Assembly (NCBI GenBank): GCA_902541695.1 | Contig: CACBRT010000003.1 | Span: 2,437-66,436, forward strand | DNA length: 64,000 bases | Reading direction: 5' to 3' | From: an uncultured Alphaproteobacteria bacterium | Lineage (GTDB): Bacteria; Pseudomonadota; Alphaproteobacteria; Rhodobacterales; Rhodobacteraceae | Shown: in pieces, positions 63,321 to 64,000 of the stretch | Position numbering within the stretch: the first letter of the stretch is position 1 | Layout of the letters: every line of letters starts with the position of its first letter | Notes under the pieces: model-generated | The model's input: only the letters and a program-made list of their open reading frames with translations | Told to the model about the DNA's origin: nothing | Database searches by the model: none | Translations under genes and position numbers: made by a program

Positions 63321-63932
63321 ATGGGATTTTATAATAAATATATTTTACCTAAAATCATTAATGCTGGATGCGGTACTAAACCAATAAGAAAACAGAGAGA
63401 GAAAGTACTGCCATTATGCAAAGGGATCGTTTTAGAAATTGGCTGTGGAAGTGGACTTAACTTCTCCTTTTATGAAGAAAATAATATAGATAAACTGTAT
63501 GCACTTGAACCCGATAAAGAGATGTTACGTCAAGCTGAGTCAGTAGTTAAAGAGGTTAATTTCCCAATTACATTTTTAGAAACAGGTGCTGAAAAGATTC
63601 CACTGGAGGATGATTCTATCGATACAGCATTATTGACATATACTCTTTGTACCATTCCTGATCCGTTAGCTGCTCTACTTGAAATAAGAAGAGTGCTTAA
63701 AAAAGGAGGCAAATTAGTATTTTGTGAGCACGGTATGGCTCCTGAGAATAATGTAAAAAAAATGCAAAACTTTATAAATTCTTTTTTTCTTTTTGTTGGT
63801 GGATGTAATTTAAATAGGGATATACCAAGTCTTATAAAAGACGCTGGATTTTTGGTAGATAATTTAGAAACCATGTATTTACCCAAAACTCCTAAATGGT
63901 TCGGATACAACTACTGGGGTTCTGCCAGTTAA
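63321..63932 (+). CDS. class I SAM-dependent methyltransferase
   Basis: 203 aa, motif I VLEIGCGSGLN and post-I/motif II region (Methyltransf_11-like). Confidence 0.8.
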   Translation: MGFYNKYILPKIINAGCGTKPIRKQREKVLPLCKGIVLEIGCGSGLNFSFYEENNIDKLYALEPDKEMLRQAESVVKEVNFPITFLETGAEKIPLEDDSIDTALLTYTLCTIPDPLAALLEIRRVLKKGGKLVFCEHGMAPENNVKKMQNFINSFFLFVGGCNLNRDIPSLIKDAGFLVDNLETMYLPKTPKWFGYNYWGSAS

Positions 63933-64000
63933 GATATAATTTAATAAAACCAATACCTTTATCAATTATTTTACTTACGTTTTTTTAAAATCACTCATAT

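Overview
AT-rich (about 30% G+C by hand sampling), very tightly packed alphaproteobacterial chromosome segment. Gene content, synteny and tiny or overlapping intergenic spacers look like a streamlined marine SAR11/Pelagibacterales-type genome; this assignment is an inference, not a search result. From 1 to about 59.9 kb the window is ordinary housekeeping core: groES-groEL with a CIRCE operator, purEK, trxB, lgt, proC, tdk, carB, aspS, dapDE, argG, pyk, rpmI-rplT-pheST, greA, ETF-QO, ispE/ispB, argH-lysA, accA, def-fmt, ispH, folK, and rpoZ-spoT-pdxJ-acpS-lepB-rnc-era-recO. I saw no rRNA, intact tRNA, CRISPR array, transposase or integrase. The only accessory-looking stretch is 59.9-63.3 kb, just downstream of recO. 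There, a ~2.8 kb islet is bracketed by direct repeats that duplicate the recO 3' end plus ~140 nt of conserved non-coding sequence. The islet carries a G+C-rich foreign-looking cysteine-synthase-family gene, two orphan 115-aa ORFs, a decayed 3' half of tRNA-Pro(UGG) and two paralogous junction modules. It looks like the scar of one or more site-specific integrations, not a recognisable defence or other multi-gene system. Other points worth checking are rnhA split by a +1 frameshift in an A7 run, an in-frame TGA in a small conserved-looking ORF, and two unannotated micro-ORFs (an LptM-like lipoprotein overlapping the argH stop, and a DUF465-like ORF). All coordinates and motifs were read by hand; family names come from remembered motif patterns and need confirmation by search.
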